NCBI GenBank assembly: GCA_965226055.1
Contig: CBDDCA010000005.1
Location: 96,001 to 160,000, forward strand
DNA length: 64,000 nucleotides
Source: Spirochaetia bacterium
Lineage (GTDB): Bacteria; Spirochaetota; Spirochaetia; WTKD01; G963693115
Reading direction: 5' to 3'
Part shown: piece after piece, positions 19,431 through 29,452 of the stretch
Position numbering within the stretch: position 1 is the first letter of the stretch
How the letters are laid out: each line of letters opens with the position of its first letter
Notes under the pieces: generated by a model
Databases searched by the model: none
What the model was told of the DNA's origin: nothing
Seen by the model: the letters and a program-made list of their open reading frames with translations, nothing else
Translations under genes and position numbers: made by a program

Positions 19431-22400
19431 CTATATTCGTCTACAAAGGGGGTTTGTACGTATATTTAATATTGTTGGATATTGATTTTTCTTATTATAC
19501 ATAGGACTATCCTTAAACATATCTTTATCATCAACAGTACTACCAGGTTCTAAACATAAATTCCATTTTGATAAATTTTGATCAAATGCCCTTGCTTCCT
19601 CAAACATACTAGTAAATTTTACTCTATTATATACTACCCAAGCCGATATATCTTGATTAAATTTTAGAGCACCATAGAACATGGTAGTCAAATTTTGAAC
19701 ATTATTCACTACCCAAGTCGATATATCTTGATTAAATGTTTCAGCAGACACAAACATAGATGACATATTTTGAACATTACTTACATCCCAATCCGATATA
19801 TCTTGATTAAATTTTAGAGCACCATAGAACATTTGTTGCATATCTGTCACTTTACTTACATTCCATTTCGATATATCCTTATCAAATACAAAAGCTCTAT
19901 TGAATAATAATGACATATCCGTAACTTTACCTGTATTCCAATTTGAAATATCACTATTAAACACCTCTAACTCATGAAACATACCAAACATATCCGTAAC
20001 TTCACTTGTATTCCAATTTGAAATATCCCCATTAAATGTCTTCTTTCTTAAATTTCTATATACAAACTTATCTCGTGTATCAAATAAATTTTCCATATTA
20101 GTAATAGCACTGGTATCTATCATGTTAAGATTAGGAGCATTTCCTTGTGCCTTTACCTCTGCATCTATAATATCTCTCAACGCATTCTTTGTCGTTGGCC
20201 TATAGTAATTAGCTGCTTTTCCTTGTACTGCTTGTAGCCCTGTTTGTATTGTAATGCTACGCCTTTGCTGTCCTGCATGAGATCCTGTTCCTGTACATAC
20301 TAAAGTGTATTTATACTCTCTAATAAAAGGATCATGCTCATTTGATTTGTTAGGCTTGCCAGTGATACCATCTCTTACAGAAAATTGCAAGCCTGTCTCT
20401 TTCGTTAGTGCATCAATAGTACAGCTAAACGTTGCATTGCTTGGATCTTTTGTTATCGTTATTGGCGTAATAGCAGTACCTACTGTATATGTACTATTAC
20501 TATTTTGCAACTCTATAGTAAAGGTTGCGGTGGTAACACTTTCTGCAGAAGTAGGGGCAGATCTATTGTTTATAATGCTATTTACTGCCTCTACGGTAAT
20601 AAAGTACTTCTGTCCTTTGTTGAGATTGCCTAGTACATATATTGCTTTCGATGTTACATCAGTTTTTACTCCTCCTACTTTTGCATCTTGATTGCTTCCT
20701 TTTGCTTGCTCTGCCTGTGCTTGTGTTTTTACCTGTGCTGCTGTCAAGGTACTTGTCGATGCATAGTAGTATAATGTATAGTTTAGCTCATCCTCTGTCA
20801 ATCCTGTACCATCTGTCTTTGTTCCTCTAAAACTCGGTGCAGTAACATCTACCTCTATTGTATTGCCATTTGCTTCTAGTGCTACAGTAGGGGTATTAGG
20901 CGCTGCTCCTTGTGCTGTCTTAAACTCTGCTCTCTTACCATCTGACATTTTTGTGGTATCGGTACTGTTTACTGCTTGTACTACTACTTCGTAATTTACT
21001 CCTGCTTTAAGGCTTGTCAATCCTGCTGTCTTTACATTTGCTCCTATTGTCATAGGACTACTATCTGCTGCTTTAATCTGTGCTACTGTTCTTGCTGTTG
21101 CTCCTTTTTCCGCATGATACACTTTATATGACACTTGACTGGCTTGCAATGCTGTCCCTGCCTTGTTCTTATAATTATTCCCTAATGTAGGCGCATCCCA
21201 TTGCACCGTTGCCGTGCCATTTGCTCCCCCTGAAATTGAAGTAAAAGTAATAGCATTTACCTCAGCAGGAACAAGGGTATCTACAAGAATACTTTCCACA
21301 TCTGACACTACCTTTACATCAAGATCTGTTTTTACTGCTATTTGAAATACAAAATGATATCGCTTTCCTTTAATAGAAGCTCCGCCTACTGTTGAAAGTG
21401 CATTTAGTGTATATTTTCCTCCTGTTATTGTAGATCCACTTAGTGTAGGAAGTGCTATTTCTGATCCCTTATCTATCACTTCTTGTGCAGCAGGCACTGT
21501 ATCCTGTTGAAGACCAAATACCCTATATACTAACTTATTATTATCGTATATATTACGTCCACCTCTTTCTTGTGTTTCTACTCTATCTAATCCAGAGCCA
21601 TAAGAAAATGTAGACAGTTGTGTCAATACTAGCTTTATCGCTCCTATTGGGGATGACTGTGATACTGCTAACTTATTTACAATCAATGCCTTATGGGGAG
21701 CTCGTGCCTGTGATACACTTTTTGTTGAGGTAGCCTCTTTTACATTGCTATATACTACTTTTGTTGCATCTGTTAGTATTGCTACTTCTACCACAAAATG
21801 ATACTTCGTTGCTGATTCCAAAGCAAAGGAGAAAGAATTAGCAAAAAGGGATATTCCTTGCTGAAGAGGCCTTAGGTTTATTTCTGTTCCCTGACGAACT
21901 TCTGTTGCTGTTGGCACACTTCCTGTATCTTTTAGCATATATACTTTGTATCCAAGATCTCCATTTGCAGTTACAGATGTTCCATCAAATTTCTTTGCAC
22001 CAGTAAATGCAGTAGCCAGAGTAACTTCGAGGCTAATACCACCTCCCCCTATACCAGCATTTGTTGTTAGTGTGAGGTTATCTGCTATCACTGATTGATT
22101 TAGAGGGGCTGCTTGAGACACTGTTATCCTTTGTACCGTACTGTATACTCTTTTTCCTGGTGCTCTTGCTATTGCTACCTCTGCCACAAAATGATACTTC
22201 TTGCCTCCATCTAGGTCTATTTGTGCTGCTGAATCGCTTGTTAGCCCTAGCTTATCCAACGCTTCCACTGTGTACTTGCCTCCACTTACTGTGCCTATGG
22301 CTATTTTTCTTCCATTGCTTACTATCTCTTGCACATTTGCTGGGTTCGTATCTTTCTGTAAGCCGTACACGGTATATACAAGATCACTGTTATCTGTTAT

Positions 22401-25400
22401 TGTTTGTCCTGTACTGTCTTTTGCATTCGTAAACTGTGTCAGTTGTGTGAGCTCTAGCTTTAATTTTTCTACTGTACTTGATTGTCCCAACGATAGTATA
22501 TTGTTCACTAAGGATTGTTCTGGCGGTACTGCTGGTGATACTGTAATGCTCTCTATAGTACTCAATACTTTTTTTGTCTTGTCTGTTGCCACTGCTACCT
22601 CTGCTACAAAATGATACTGCTTGCCTACTACAAGCGATACTTGTGCTGCTGAATCGCTTGTTAATCCTAGCTTATCCAATGCTTCTACTGTGTATACTCC
22701 TGCAGTGTTTGCTCCACTGGCACTGCCTATGGCTACTTTTCTTCCATTGCTTACTACTTCTTGTGCATTTGCTGGGTTCGTATCTTTCTGTAAGCCGTAC
22801 ACTGTGTAGCTCAGCCCTGTGTTATCGTTTATCGCTGCTCCTGTGTCTGCTTTGAGTCCCGTAAAACTTGTCAATCTTCGTAATGTGAGCTTTACGGCTC
22901 CTGTGCTACTTGATTGTTCCATAGAAAAATTACCAGACAATGCCCCTGCTGATGGTGCTACTGCTTCTGAATCTGTCGTCACACTTTCTACATTGCCTAC
23001 TACTTTCTTGGTCATATCTGTTGCTACTGCTACCTCTACTACAAAATGATATTGCTTATTGCCAAGTATCCCTACTTGTGCTGAAGAGTCTGTAGTAAGC
23101 CCTAACTTATCTAAGCTATTGACTGTATACTTGCCTGCACTTACTGTGCCTATGGCTACTTTCCTTCCTGCAAGTACTTCATTTTTCGTAGGTGTGGTAT
23201 CTTTCTGTAAGCCGTACACTGTGTAGCTCAGCCCTGTGTTATCGTTTATCGCTGCTCCTGTGTCTGCTTTGAGTCCTGTAAAGCTCGTGAGTACTGTTAC
23301 TTCTAGCTTTACTTCTCCTACTGTTGTCGATTTACTCACTGCTAATATATCGTTCACTGAGGACTGCTGAGGTGCTACTGCTTTTGACGCTGTCTTTACT
23401 GTCTCTACAGTACTGTACACTTTCTTTGTTGTATCTGTTTTTACTGCTACTTCTGCGACAAAATAGTAATCTCTGTTGCCTTGTATCGTTTCTACTGAGG
23501 GACTTGCTCCGAGTGTTGTGAGTGCATTGATTGTATACTTTCCGCCACTTACTGACCCTAATGCTACTTTCTTGTTATTGTTTACTATATCCTGTATACT
23601 TGGGGCTGTTCCTGTCTTTTGTAGTCCATATACTGTATAGATAAGTCCTGCATTGCTAGTAATATCTACTCCTACATCATCTTTTGCATTCGTAAATTGC
23701 GTCAATACTGTGAGATCTACTTTTACTGCTCCTACTGTTGTTGATTTACCTACCACTAATATATCGTTCACTAAGGACTGCGCAGGTGCTACTGCTTTTG
23801 ATGACAGTACTACCGTCTTTATTGTTCCTACTACTTTCTTTGCCACATCTGTCTTTATTGCTACTTCTACTACAAAATGATACTGCTTTCTCTCTACTAT
23901 ATCTATTTGTCCTCCTGCATCTGTGGTAAGCCCTAACTTACTCAAGCCAGAGACTGTATACTTACCACCTCTTGCACTTCCTATAGCTACTTTTCTCCCG
24001 TTTGTTATTACTTCTTGCCTATTTGCTGGGTTCGTATCTTTCTGTAAGCCATATACCGTATATACCAGTCCTGCATTACTGGTGATTGCTGTTCCTGTAT
24101 CGTCTTTTGCTTGTGCACTTGCAAAGTTTGTCAACTCTGTGAGTTCCAAGTCTATCGTGCCTGTTGGTATTGGGTTTGTTTCCTCTACTGTCAAGAGCGG
24201 GTTTATTGCAATTTGTAGCGGTGCTTTTGCTTGCGAGCCTGTTGTCACACTTTCTACTGCTCCGTATACTTTCTTGGTCGTATCTGTTTTTACTGCTACT
24301 TCTACCACAAAATGATATTGCGCTTTCCCTTTTATTGCTATTTGTACCTTTGGCGTTTCGCTTGTCAAGCCTAATTTATCTACTCCATCCTGGGTATACT
24401 TGCCTCCACTTGCACTTCCTATGGCTACTTTTCTTCCATTGCTTACTACTTCTTGTGCATTTGCTGGGTTCGTATCTTTTTGCAAGCCATATACGGTATA
24501 TACCAGCCCGTCATTATTGGTTATCGGATTTCCTGACGCATCTATTGCATTGGTAAATGCTGTCAACTCGGTCACTTCTATTTTTATTGTCCCTTCTCTT
24601 GTCAGTGACTTACTCACTGCTAAGATATCATTCACTAAGGACTGGGCTGGCGGTACTGCTTGTACTCCTTCCATTGTCAGCTTCTTTATTGTTCCTGCTG
24701 TTCCGCTTGCCACTTTTGTGCTATTGAGTGTATTTATCGCTGCTACTCCTACCGTATAGGTCTTTTTGTCTTCTCCTGCAAAGGTGATGCTGTGCTTGGT
24801 CGCACTATTGCTTCCTTGTACCACACGGCTTCTTACTCCGCTTTCTGCTTGTATTTCGTCTAGGGTGCTATGGTCTCCTTCTGCTATGTACACTCTATAC
24901 TCTACTTGTGATTGTGATAACTCCGTCCCTGCTGGTGTTTTATACGATGCTCCAAATGTTCCTATACTAAACTCATAGATCCCCTTAAATGATTGTGCTT
25001 CTTTCAAGGTTGCTGCACTGGGCATAGGTGGGGCTGTCGATACACTATCCCATACTTTGAGCTTTGTGCTTGCTATGTCTGTTGCGGGACTTACTTGCCC
25101 GCCTTTTATTTCTATTAGAAAAAACCCATACTCTTTTGCTGTTCCTTCTGTGCTTGCTACTTCTAGGCCATCTGCTATCCCAAAGTATACTTCTTTTGTA
25201 CTTCCTGTTATGCTCTTTTCTGCTATAACTGTTGCTCCTTCGTTCATCCTTACTCGATAATAAATACTACTTCCAGGGCCTGTCTTAAATGCTACCTTTG
25301 CTCTTATTGCTCCGCTCTTATCAAGCGTAATCCCTTCTACTCCATCCTTTGAGGGGGCCGCCAGTGCTGCTGGTACTGTCACCTCTGCTGTTTTTTCACT

Positions 25401-27110
25401 CTCGTTTCCTGCATAATCTTTACTCAATATCTTTACTTCGTAGGTCTTTCCTGATTCTAAACTTGCTATTTCTTTATAGAAACGGGTCGCTGGATACTTC
25501 ACTGCTGTCGATGGCAACACTTCGGTATTGGGGGCTTCTTTCTCTGCTACACTTACTAGATATTCTTTTATGTCTTGATTTTTCGCAAGTGTAGTATTTG
25601 GTGCTCCCCACTCTATACGCAACGCTTTCTTGCCTCCTGAAAGTACTACTTTACTGGTGATACTTCCTACGGCATCAGGTGCTTCTGTATCTGCATTTGT
25701 GAGCGTTGTCACTTCTTTTTCTGCTGCTGCTCCTTCGTTATCAGCACTATCAAGCGATACGACTTTCACCTTGTATTTTGTTGCTGCTTCCAAGCCTGTT
25801 ATTTCGGCATTCCTTACACTACTGCTCCTTATCGTCTCTGTCTTTACTACTGTTATCCCTTGCATTACTGTTATCTTTACTCCTGCATAATCTCCTACTT
25901 GCGGTGCTTGCCAGCTTACTATCACTCTAGTTTGCCCTGCTACTACTCCCACATTTGTTACTGTTTCTGTCTGCTTATCGGTGGTTGTTCCTTCTTTCTC
26001 TACTGCCGTATAGTATCTCCCGTTCTTATAGGGTCGCACTATCGCTTTGTAGCTCTGTACTCCATAGAGCTTGGTTACTGCTACGCCATTCTGCCCTACA
26101 TACAGCATCCCTTTTTCTTCTGTCGCATTTGCTACTTGGGCAACACTGTTTTTTGTCACACGGGCATCTGCTACTACTTGTCCCGTGCTTGTCTCTACCA
26201 CTACCAACAGTTCTACTTCACCGCTTACATCGTAATTCCCCCATGTAATAAGCAGACTCTCATCTGCTGCTGCTCCTGTTTTATCTTTTGCTTCTACTTT
26301 TACATTTGATGCTTGTAACGCAGGCACTGCTTCTCCGAGCTTTGAGGGATCTATATCTGTCAATTCTTCTTTTATGCTTGCTTTGTTGCCATTGATATCT
26401 TCATAGACTATCTTTACATCGTAGCGTACATTACTGCTTGTCGCTACCGAAAACGCAAGTTCTCCGCTCTCTATATTGGTTATTTCTTTTTTCGCTACTA
26501 CCTCTCCTGATGCATTTTCTATTTGCACTTCTGCTTTGCTTATATCGGTTTTGCCTTTCCCTAGCCTCTTTGTGTCCCATACTACTTTGAGCTGGTTGTC
26601 TCCTGCTTTCTCTACTCCTACATGAAAAAAGCCATCTTGCGGGGCAGTGGTATCCGCTGCGGTAATAATTTCTTGCGATACCTTTGACGACTTCTGACTT
26701 CCTGATTGCGCTTCTACCTCTATCGTATAGGCGGTATGCTCTTTCAAGCCTTTTAGCTCGTATTTTAGCCTTCCCAAAAAGAGTTCTTTATATTCCTGTG
26801 CGGGTACTGTTACGCTAAAAGACTGCCCTGTAGTGCCTACGGGACTTGCGGTGATGACCACACTGTCTGCTGCTACTGGTGCTTCCCAGCTGAGCTCTAG
26901 TGATCCATTATCTGATACTGATGTTATTGATAAATCTGATACTGACCCAAGTGTTGTCGGTGTCGGTGGAGTAGGATCAGACCCTCCTCCTGATGAACTG
27001 CTACTACTATCTGTACATGCTATGAGTATAGCAGCTATCACTATATATACGAGAAAAGAGAGTTTACCCCCCCCCCCCCACATTTTTTGTGTTATATTAT
27101 TTCTTATCAT
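19431..27110 (-). CDS. Giant surface lipoprotein: FN3-like domains, ~8 copies of a ~135-aa repeat, Ig-like linker, C-terminal DUF285/BspA-like repeats
   Basis: Lipobox ILIA-C followed by S/G/P linker; FN3 patterns (LSWEAP, VSWQAP, ITGLEAATKYKVKV); YTVYGLQKD...YHFV.EVA repeats; (F.QDIS.W.VS.V..M..MF)n at the C-terminus; AAGGAG Shine-Dalgarno. Confidence 0.9.
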   Translation of the reverse strand: MIRNNITQKMWGGGGKLSFLVYIVIAAILIACTDSSSSSSGGGSDPTPPTPTTLGSVSDLSITSVSDNGSLELSWEAPVAADSVVITASPVGTTGQSFSVTVPAQEYKELFLGRLKYELKGLKEHTAYTIEVEAQSGSQKSSKVSQEIITAADTTAPQDGFFHVGVEKAGDNQLKVVWDTKRLGKGKTDISKAEVQIENASGEVVAKKEITNIESGELAFSVATSSNVRYDVKIVYEDINGNKASIKEELTDIDPSKLGEAVPALQASNVKVEAKDKTGAAADESLLITWGNYDVSGEVELLVVVETSTGQVVADARVTKNSVAQVANATEEKGMLYVGQNGVAVTKLYGVQSYKAIVRPYKNGRYYTAVEKEGTTTDKQTETVTNVGVVAGQTRVIVSWQAPQVGDYAGVKITVMQGITVVKTETIRSSSVRNAEITGLEAATKYKVKVVSLDSADNEGAAAEKEVTTLTNADTEAPDAVGSITSKVVLSGGKKALRIEWGAPNTTLAKNQDIKEYLVSVAEKEAPNTEVLPSTAVKYPATRFYKEIASLESGKTYEVKILSKDYAGNESEKTAEVTVPAALAAPSKDGVEGITLDKSGAIRAKVAFKTGPGSSIYYRVRMNEGATVIAEKSITGSTKEVYFGIADGLEVASTEGTAKEYGFFLIEIKGGQVSPATDIASTKLKVWDSVSTAPPMPSAATLKEAQSFKGIYEFSIGTFGASYKTPAGTELSQSQVEYRVYIAEGDHSTLDEIQAESGVRSRVVQGSNSATKHSITFAGEDKKTYTVGVAAINTLNSTKVASGTAGTIKKLTMEGVQAVPPAQSLVNDILAVSKSLTREGTIKIEVTELTAFTNAIDASGNPITNNDGLVYTVYGLQKDTNPANAQEVVSNGRKVAIGSASGGKYTQDGVDKLGLTSETPKVQIAIKGKAQYHFVVEVAVKTDTTKKVYGAVESVTTGSQAKAPLQIAINPLLTVEETNPIPTGTIDLELTELTNFASAQAKDDTGTAITSNAGLVYTVYGLQKDTNPANRQEVITNGRKVAIGSARGGKYTVSGLSKLGLTTDAGGQIDIVERKQYHFVVEVAIKTDVAKKVVGTIKTVVLSSKAVAPAQSLVNDILVVGKSTTVGAVKVDLTVLTQFTNAKDDVGVDITSNAGLIYTVYGLQKTGTAPSIQDIVNNNKKVALGSVSGGKYTINALTTLGASPSVETIQGNRDYYFVAEVAVKTDTTKKVYSTVETVKTASKAVAPQQSSVNDILAVSKSTTVGEVKLEVTVLTSFTGLKADTGAAINDNTGLSYTVYGLQKDTTPTKNEVLAGRKVAIGTVSAGKYTVNSLDKLGLTTDSSAQVGILGNKQYHFVVEVAVATDMTKKVVGNVESVTTDSEAVAPSAGALSGNFSMEQSSSTGAVKLTLRRLTSFTGLKADTGAAINDNTGLSYTVYGLQKDTNPANAQEVVSNGRKVAIGSASGANTAGVYTVEALDKLGLTSDSAAQVSLVVGKQYHFVAEVAVATDKTKKVLSTIESITVSPAVPPEQSLVNNILSLGQSSTVEKLKLELTQLTQFTNAKDSTGQTITDNSDLVYTVYGLQKDTNPANVQEIVSNGRKIAIGTVSGGKYTVEALDKLGLTSDSAAQIDLDGGKKYHFVAEVAIARAPGKRVYSTVQRITVSQAAPLNQSVIADNLTLTTNAGIGGGGISLEVTLATAFTGAKKFDGTSVTANGDLGYKVYMLKDTGSVPTATEVRQGTEINLRPLQQGISLFANSFSFALESATKYHFVVEVAILTDATKVVYSNVKEATSTKSVSQARAPHKALIVNKLAVSQSSPIGAIKLVLTQLSTFSYGSGLDRVETQERGGRNIYDNNKLVYRVFGLQQDTVPAAQEVIDKGSEIALPTLSGSTITGGKYTLNALSTVGGASIKGKRYHFVFQIAVKTDLDVKVVSDVESILVDTLVPAEVNAITFTSISGGANGTATVQWDAPTLGNNYKNKAGTALQASQVSYKVYHAEKGATARTVAQIKAADSSPMTIGANVKTAGLTSLKAGVNYEVVVQAVNSTDTTKMSDGKRAEFKTAQGAAPNTPTVALEANGNTIEVDVTAPSFRGTKTDGTGLTEDELNYTLYYYASTSTLTAAQVKTQAQAEQAKGSNQDAKVGGVKTDVTSKAIYVLGNLNKGQKYFITVEAVNSIINNRSAPTSAESVTTATFTIELQNSNSTYTVGTAITPITITKDPSNATFSCTIDALTKETGLQFSVRDGITGKPNKSNEHDPFIREYKYTLVCTGTGSHAGQQRRSITIQTGLQAVQGKAANYYRPTTKNALRDIIDAEVKAQGNAPNLNMIDTSAITNMENLFDTRDKFVYRNLRKKTFNGDISNWNTSEVTDMFGMFHELEVFNSDISNWNTGKVTDMSLLFNRAFVFDKDISKWNVSKVTDMQQMFYGALKFNQDISDWDVSNVQNMSSMFVSAETFNQDISTWVVNNVQNLTTMFYGALKFNQDISAWVVYNRVKFTSMFEEARAFDQNLSKWNLCLEPGSTVDDKDMFKDSPMYNKKNQYPTILNIRTNPLCRRI
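21280..24660 (-). repeat. Intragenic tandem repeats of ~400-420 bp (six close copies and two divergent)
   Basis: Recurring AV.P.QS.VN.IL...YTVYGLQKDTNPAN.QEV..NGRKVAIG...YHFV.EVA.TD..KKV; identical 80-bp blocks at 22780-22859 and 23197-23276; boundaries approximate. Confidence 0.85.
27067..27079 (-). repeat. G13 homopolymer in signal-peptide coding region (putative phase-variation tract)
   Basis: C13 on + strand; coding strand reads ATG TGG GGG GGG GGG GGT AAA. Confidence 0.9.
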
Positions 27111-27150
27111 ACATCACTCCTTATGATATAATTTTATTTTTATCATTTAC

Positions 27151-27200
27151 ATTATACATATTATTTCCTATTTTGTCAATATAGATAAAAAAAAAAAAAA
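27151..27200 (-). promoter_or_regulatory. Consensus sigma70 promoter with upstream T14 tract
   Basis: Minus strand TTGACA (27179-27174), 17 bp, TATAAT (27156-27151); A14 on + strand at 27187-27200, 7 bp upstream of the -35. Confidence 0.8.
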
Positions 27201-27327
27201 TACACTTTTTTTTATCGCGTTTAATATTTTTGAACCTGACTTCCTTCTTCAACAGAAAGATTAGTATTGTTACCATAGAAAAATTTCAAAAAAATGGAAT
27301 TTCCAAGTAAAAACACTATTTCCACTT

Positions 27328-27356
27328 TTGCCAATAAAATACAGTTATGCTATACT
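27328..27356 (+). promoter_or_regulatory. Sigma70 promoter of leuCD-ilvD
   Basis: TTGCCA, 17 bp, extended -10 TGcTATACT. Confidence 0.6.
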
Positions 27357-27400
27357 ATAGAAATAACTATAATAATAGAAAATAATTATTAGGAGAATAT

Positions 27401-28804
27401 ATGGCACATAACACCTTATTAGATAAAGTATGGAATTTACATAAAGTGAATGAACTTCCAAGTGGAGAAGATCAGCTGTTTATTGGATTACATCTCATTC
27501 ATGAGGTTACTTCGCCTCAAGCGTTTCAAATGATACGAGAAAAGGGCTTACCAGTAAAATATCCTTCCCGTACCTTTGCTACAGTAGATCACATTGTCCC
27601 GACTAATACAGTAGCACGTCCCTTTTCTGATGCTATGGCCGAAAACATGATGAAAGAGCTGGAAAAAAACACGGTAGAGTTTGGCATTCCTTTTTTCAAT
27701 CATCAAACAAACAAACAGGGAATCGTACATGTTATTGGCCCTGAACTTGGACTTACACAGCCGGGCATGACCATTGCATGCGGAGACAGCCATACATCCA
27801 CCCACGGAGCATTTGGTTCTATTGGGCTTGGTATTGGTACATCTCAAGTACGCGATGTATTTGCCACACAATGTATTTCAATAAAAAAACCAAAAGTAAG
27901 AAAAATACAAGTCGATGGAACATTACAAGATGGCGTATATGCAAAAGATATTATTCTTGCTATTATTTCAAAACTAGGAGTAATGGGAGGACTTGGCTTT
28001 GCCTATGAGTATGCAGGAACAGCTATAGAAAAACTAAGCATGGAAGAGCGCATGACTATATGTAATATGAGCATTGAAGGAGGAGCGAGAGTTGGGTATG
28101 TAAATCCAGATGAAATAACATTTTCTTACATAGAAGGACGACAATATGCTCCTAAAGGAGAAGAGTTTGAGGCAGCAAAAAAATACTGGAAAGAGATAGC
28201 GTCTACAACAAACTCAGAATATGATGATATATTTTCCCTTGATGCAAATACACTGACTCCAATGCTCACATGGGGCATTACTCCTGGACAAGCTATGCCC
28301 ATCAATGAAACTACCCCTGCATTAGATACTCTTGACGAAGATACAAGACAGCTTACAGAAAAAGCCTTGCAACATATGAAATTCAAAGAAAAAGAAAGTC
28401 TTTTGGGGAAAAAAATTGATGTAGCGTTTATTGGTTCTTGTACAAATGGACGTTTAAGCGATCTTCGTGAAGCAGCAAAAATACTAAAAAATAAAAAAGT
28501 GCATAATACTGTGCATGCGTTTGTAGTTCCCGGTTCGCAGCAAGTAGCAAAAGCTGCTGAAGCCGAAGGCTTACATGAAATTTTTATGTCGTCAGGCTTT
28601 GAATGGAGAGGATCAGGCTGTTCTATTTGTTTAGGTATGAACACTGACAAATTAAAAGGAGACGAACTGTGTGTAAGCTCATCAAATAGAAATTTTATAG
28701 GAAGACAAGGTTCTCCCACAGGACGCACAGTACTTATGAGTCCTTCAATGGTAGCGACCGCAGCTATTTATGGAAAGATAGAAGATGTAAGAAACATACT
28801 TTAA
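27401..28804 (+). CDS. leuC: 3-isopropylmalate dehydratase large subunit
   Basis: [62 protein letters not shown]. Confidence 0.96.
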   Translation: MAHNTLLDKVWNLHKVNELPSGEDQLFIGLHLIHEVTSPQAFQMIREKGLPVKYPSRTFATVDHIVPTNTVARPFSDAMAENMMKELEKNTVEFGIPFFNHQTNKQGIVHVIGPELGLTQPGMTIACGDSHTSTHGAFGSIGLGIGTSQVRDVFATQCISIKKPKVRKIQVDGTLQDGVYAKDIILAIISKLGVMGGLGFAYEYAGTAIEKLSMEERMTICNMSIEGGARVGYVNPDEITFSYIEGRQYAPKGEEFEAAKKYWKEIASTTNSEYDDIFSLDANTLTPMLTWGITPGQAMPINETTPALDTLDEDTRQLTEKALQHMKFKEKESLLGKKIDVAFIGSCTNGRLSDLREAAKILKNKKVHNTVHAFVVPGSQQVAKAAEAEGLHEIFMSSGFEWRGSGCSICLGMNTDKLKGDELCVSSSNRNFIGRQGSPTGRTVLMSPSMVATAAIYGKIEDVRNIL

Positions 28805-28832
28805 TACAGTAAACTATAGAAGGAGCGTTACA

Positions 28833-29444
28833 ATGAGTAAAATATTACATGTTAAGGGATATGGAATAGTAGTACGAGGAAATGATATTGATACTGACCA
28901 AATTATTCCTGCCCGATTTTTGAAAGCAATAACCTTTACAGGAATTGAAAAATATGCATTTTATGATCTACGATATAATGAAGATGGGAGCAAAAAAGAT
29001 CATCCCTTTAATGATGAAAAATATGCAAAAAGCAATATTATGATAGTGAACAATAACTTTGGTTGTGGTTCATCACGAGAACATGCCCCTCAAACATTAC
29101 AAAGGCATGGCATAGACGCTATTATTGGAGAATCATTTGCCGAAATCTTTGCTGGTAACTGTACCGCTCTTGGCGTTCCAATACTCATTCTTAGCCGAAA
29201 AGAAATACATGAAATCCAAGATATGATAGAAAATGATCCGTCTATTCCTATAGAGATTAGCATAGACAAGGCACACATTACTATTGGAAAAACGGTATAT
29301 ACTTCTTCTATAAAAAAGGAAATACAAACAACATTCTTACAAGGCACATGGGATAACACTACACTCATGCTATCATTCAATGAAAAAATTGAAGAAACAT
29401 ATAATCGTCTTCCTTATATTCAACATTTTAAGGGGTATAAATAG
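28833..29444 (+). CDS. leuD: 3-isopropylmalate dehydratase small subunit
   Basis: [31 protein letters not shown]. Confidence 0.96.
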   Translation: MSKILHVKGYGIVVRGNDIDTDQIIPARFLKAITFTGIEKYAFYDLRYNEDGSKKDHPFNDEKYAKSNIMIVNNNFGCGSSREHAPQTLQRHGIDAIIGESFAEIFAGNCTALGVPILILSRKEIHEIQDMIENDPSIPIEISIDKAHITIGKTVYTSSIKKEIQTTFLQGTWDNTTLMLSFNEKIEETYNRLPYIQHFKGYK

Positions 29445-29452
29445 GTATACAT

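Noticed and set aside
20305-27126. Many + strand ORFs antisense to the giant lipoprotein genes (also 36164-42796)
   Set aside because: Shadow ORFs caused by biased, repetitive codon usage; low-complexity translations without ribosome-binding sites
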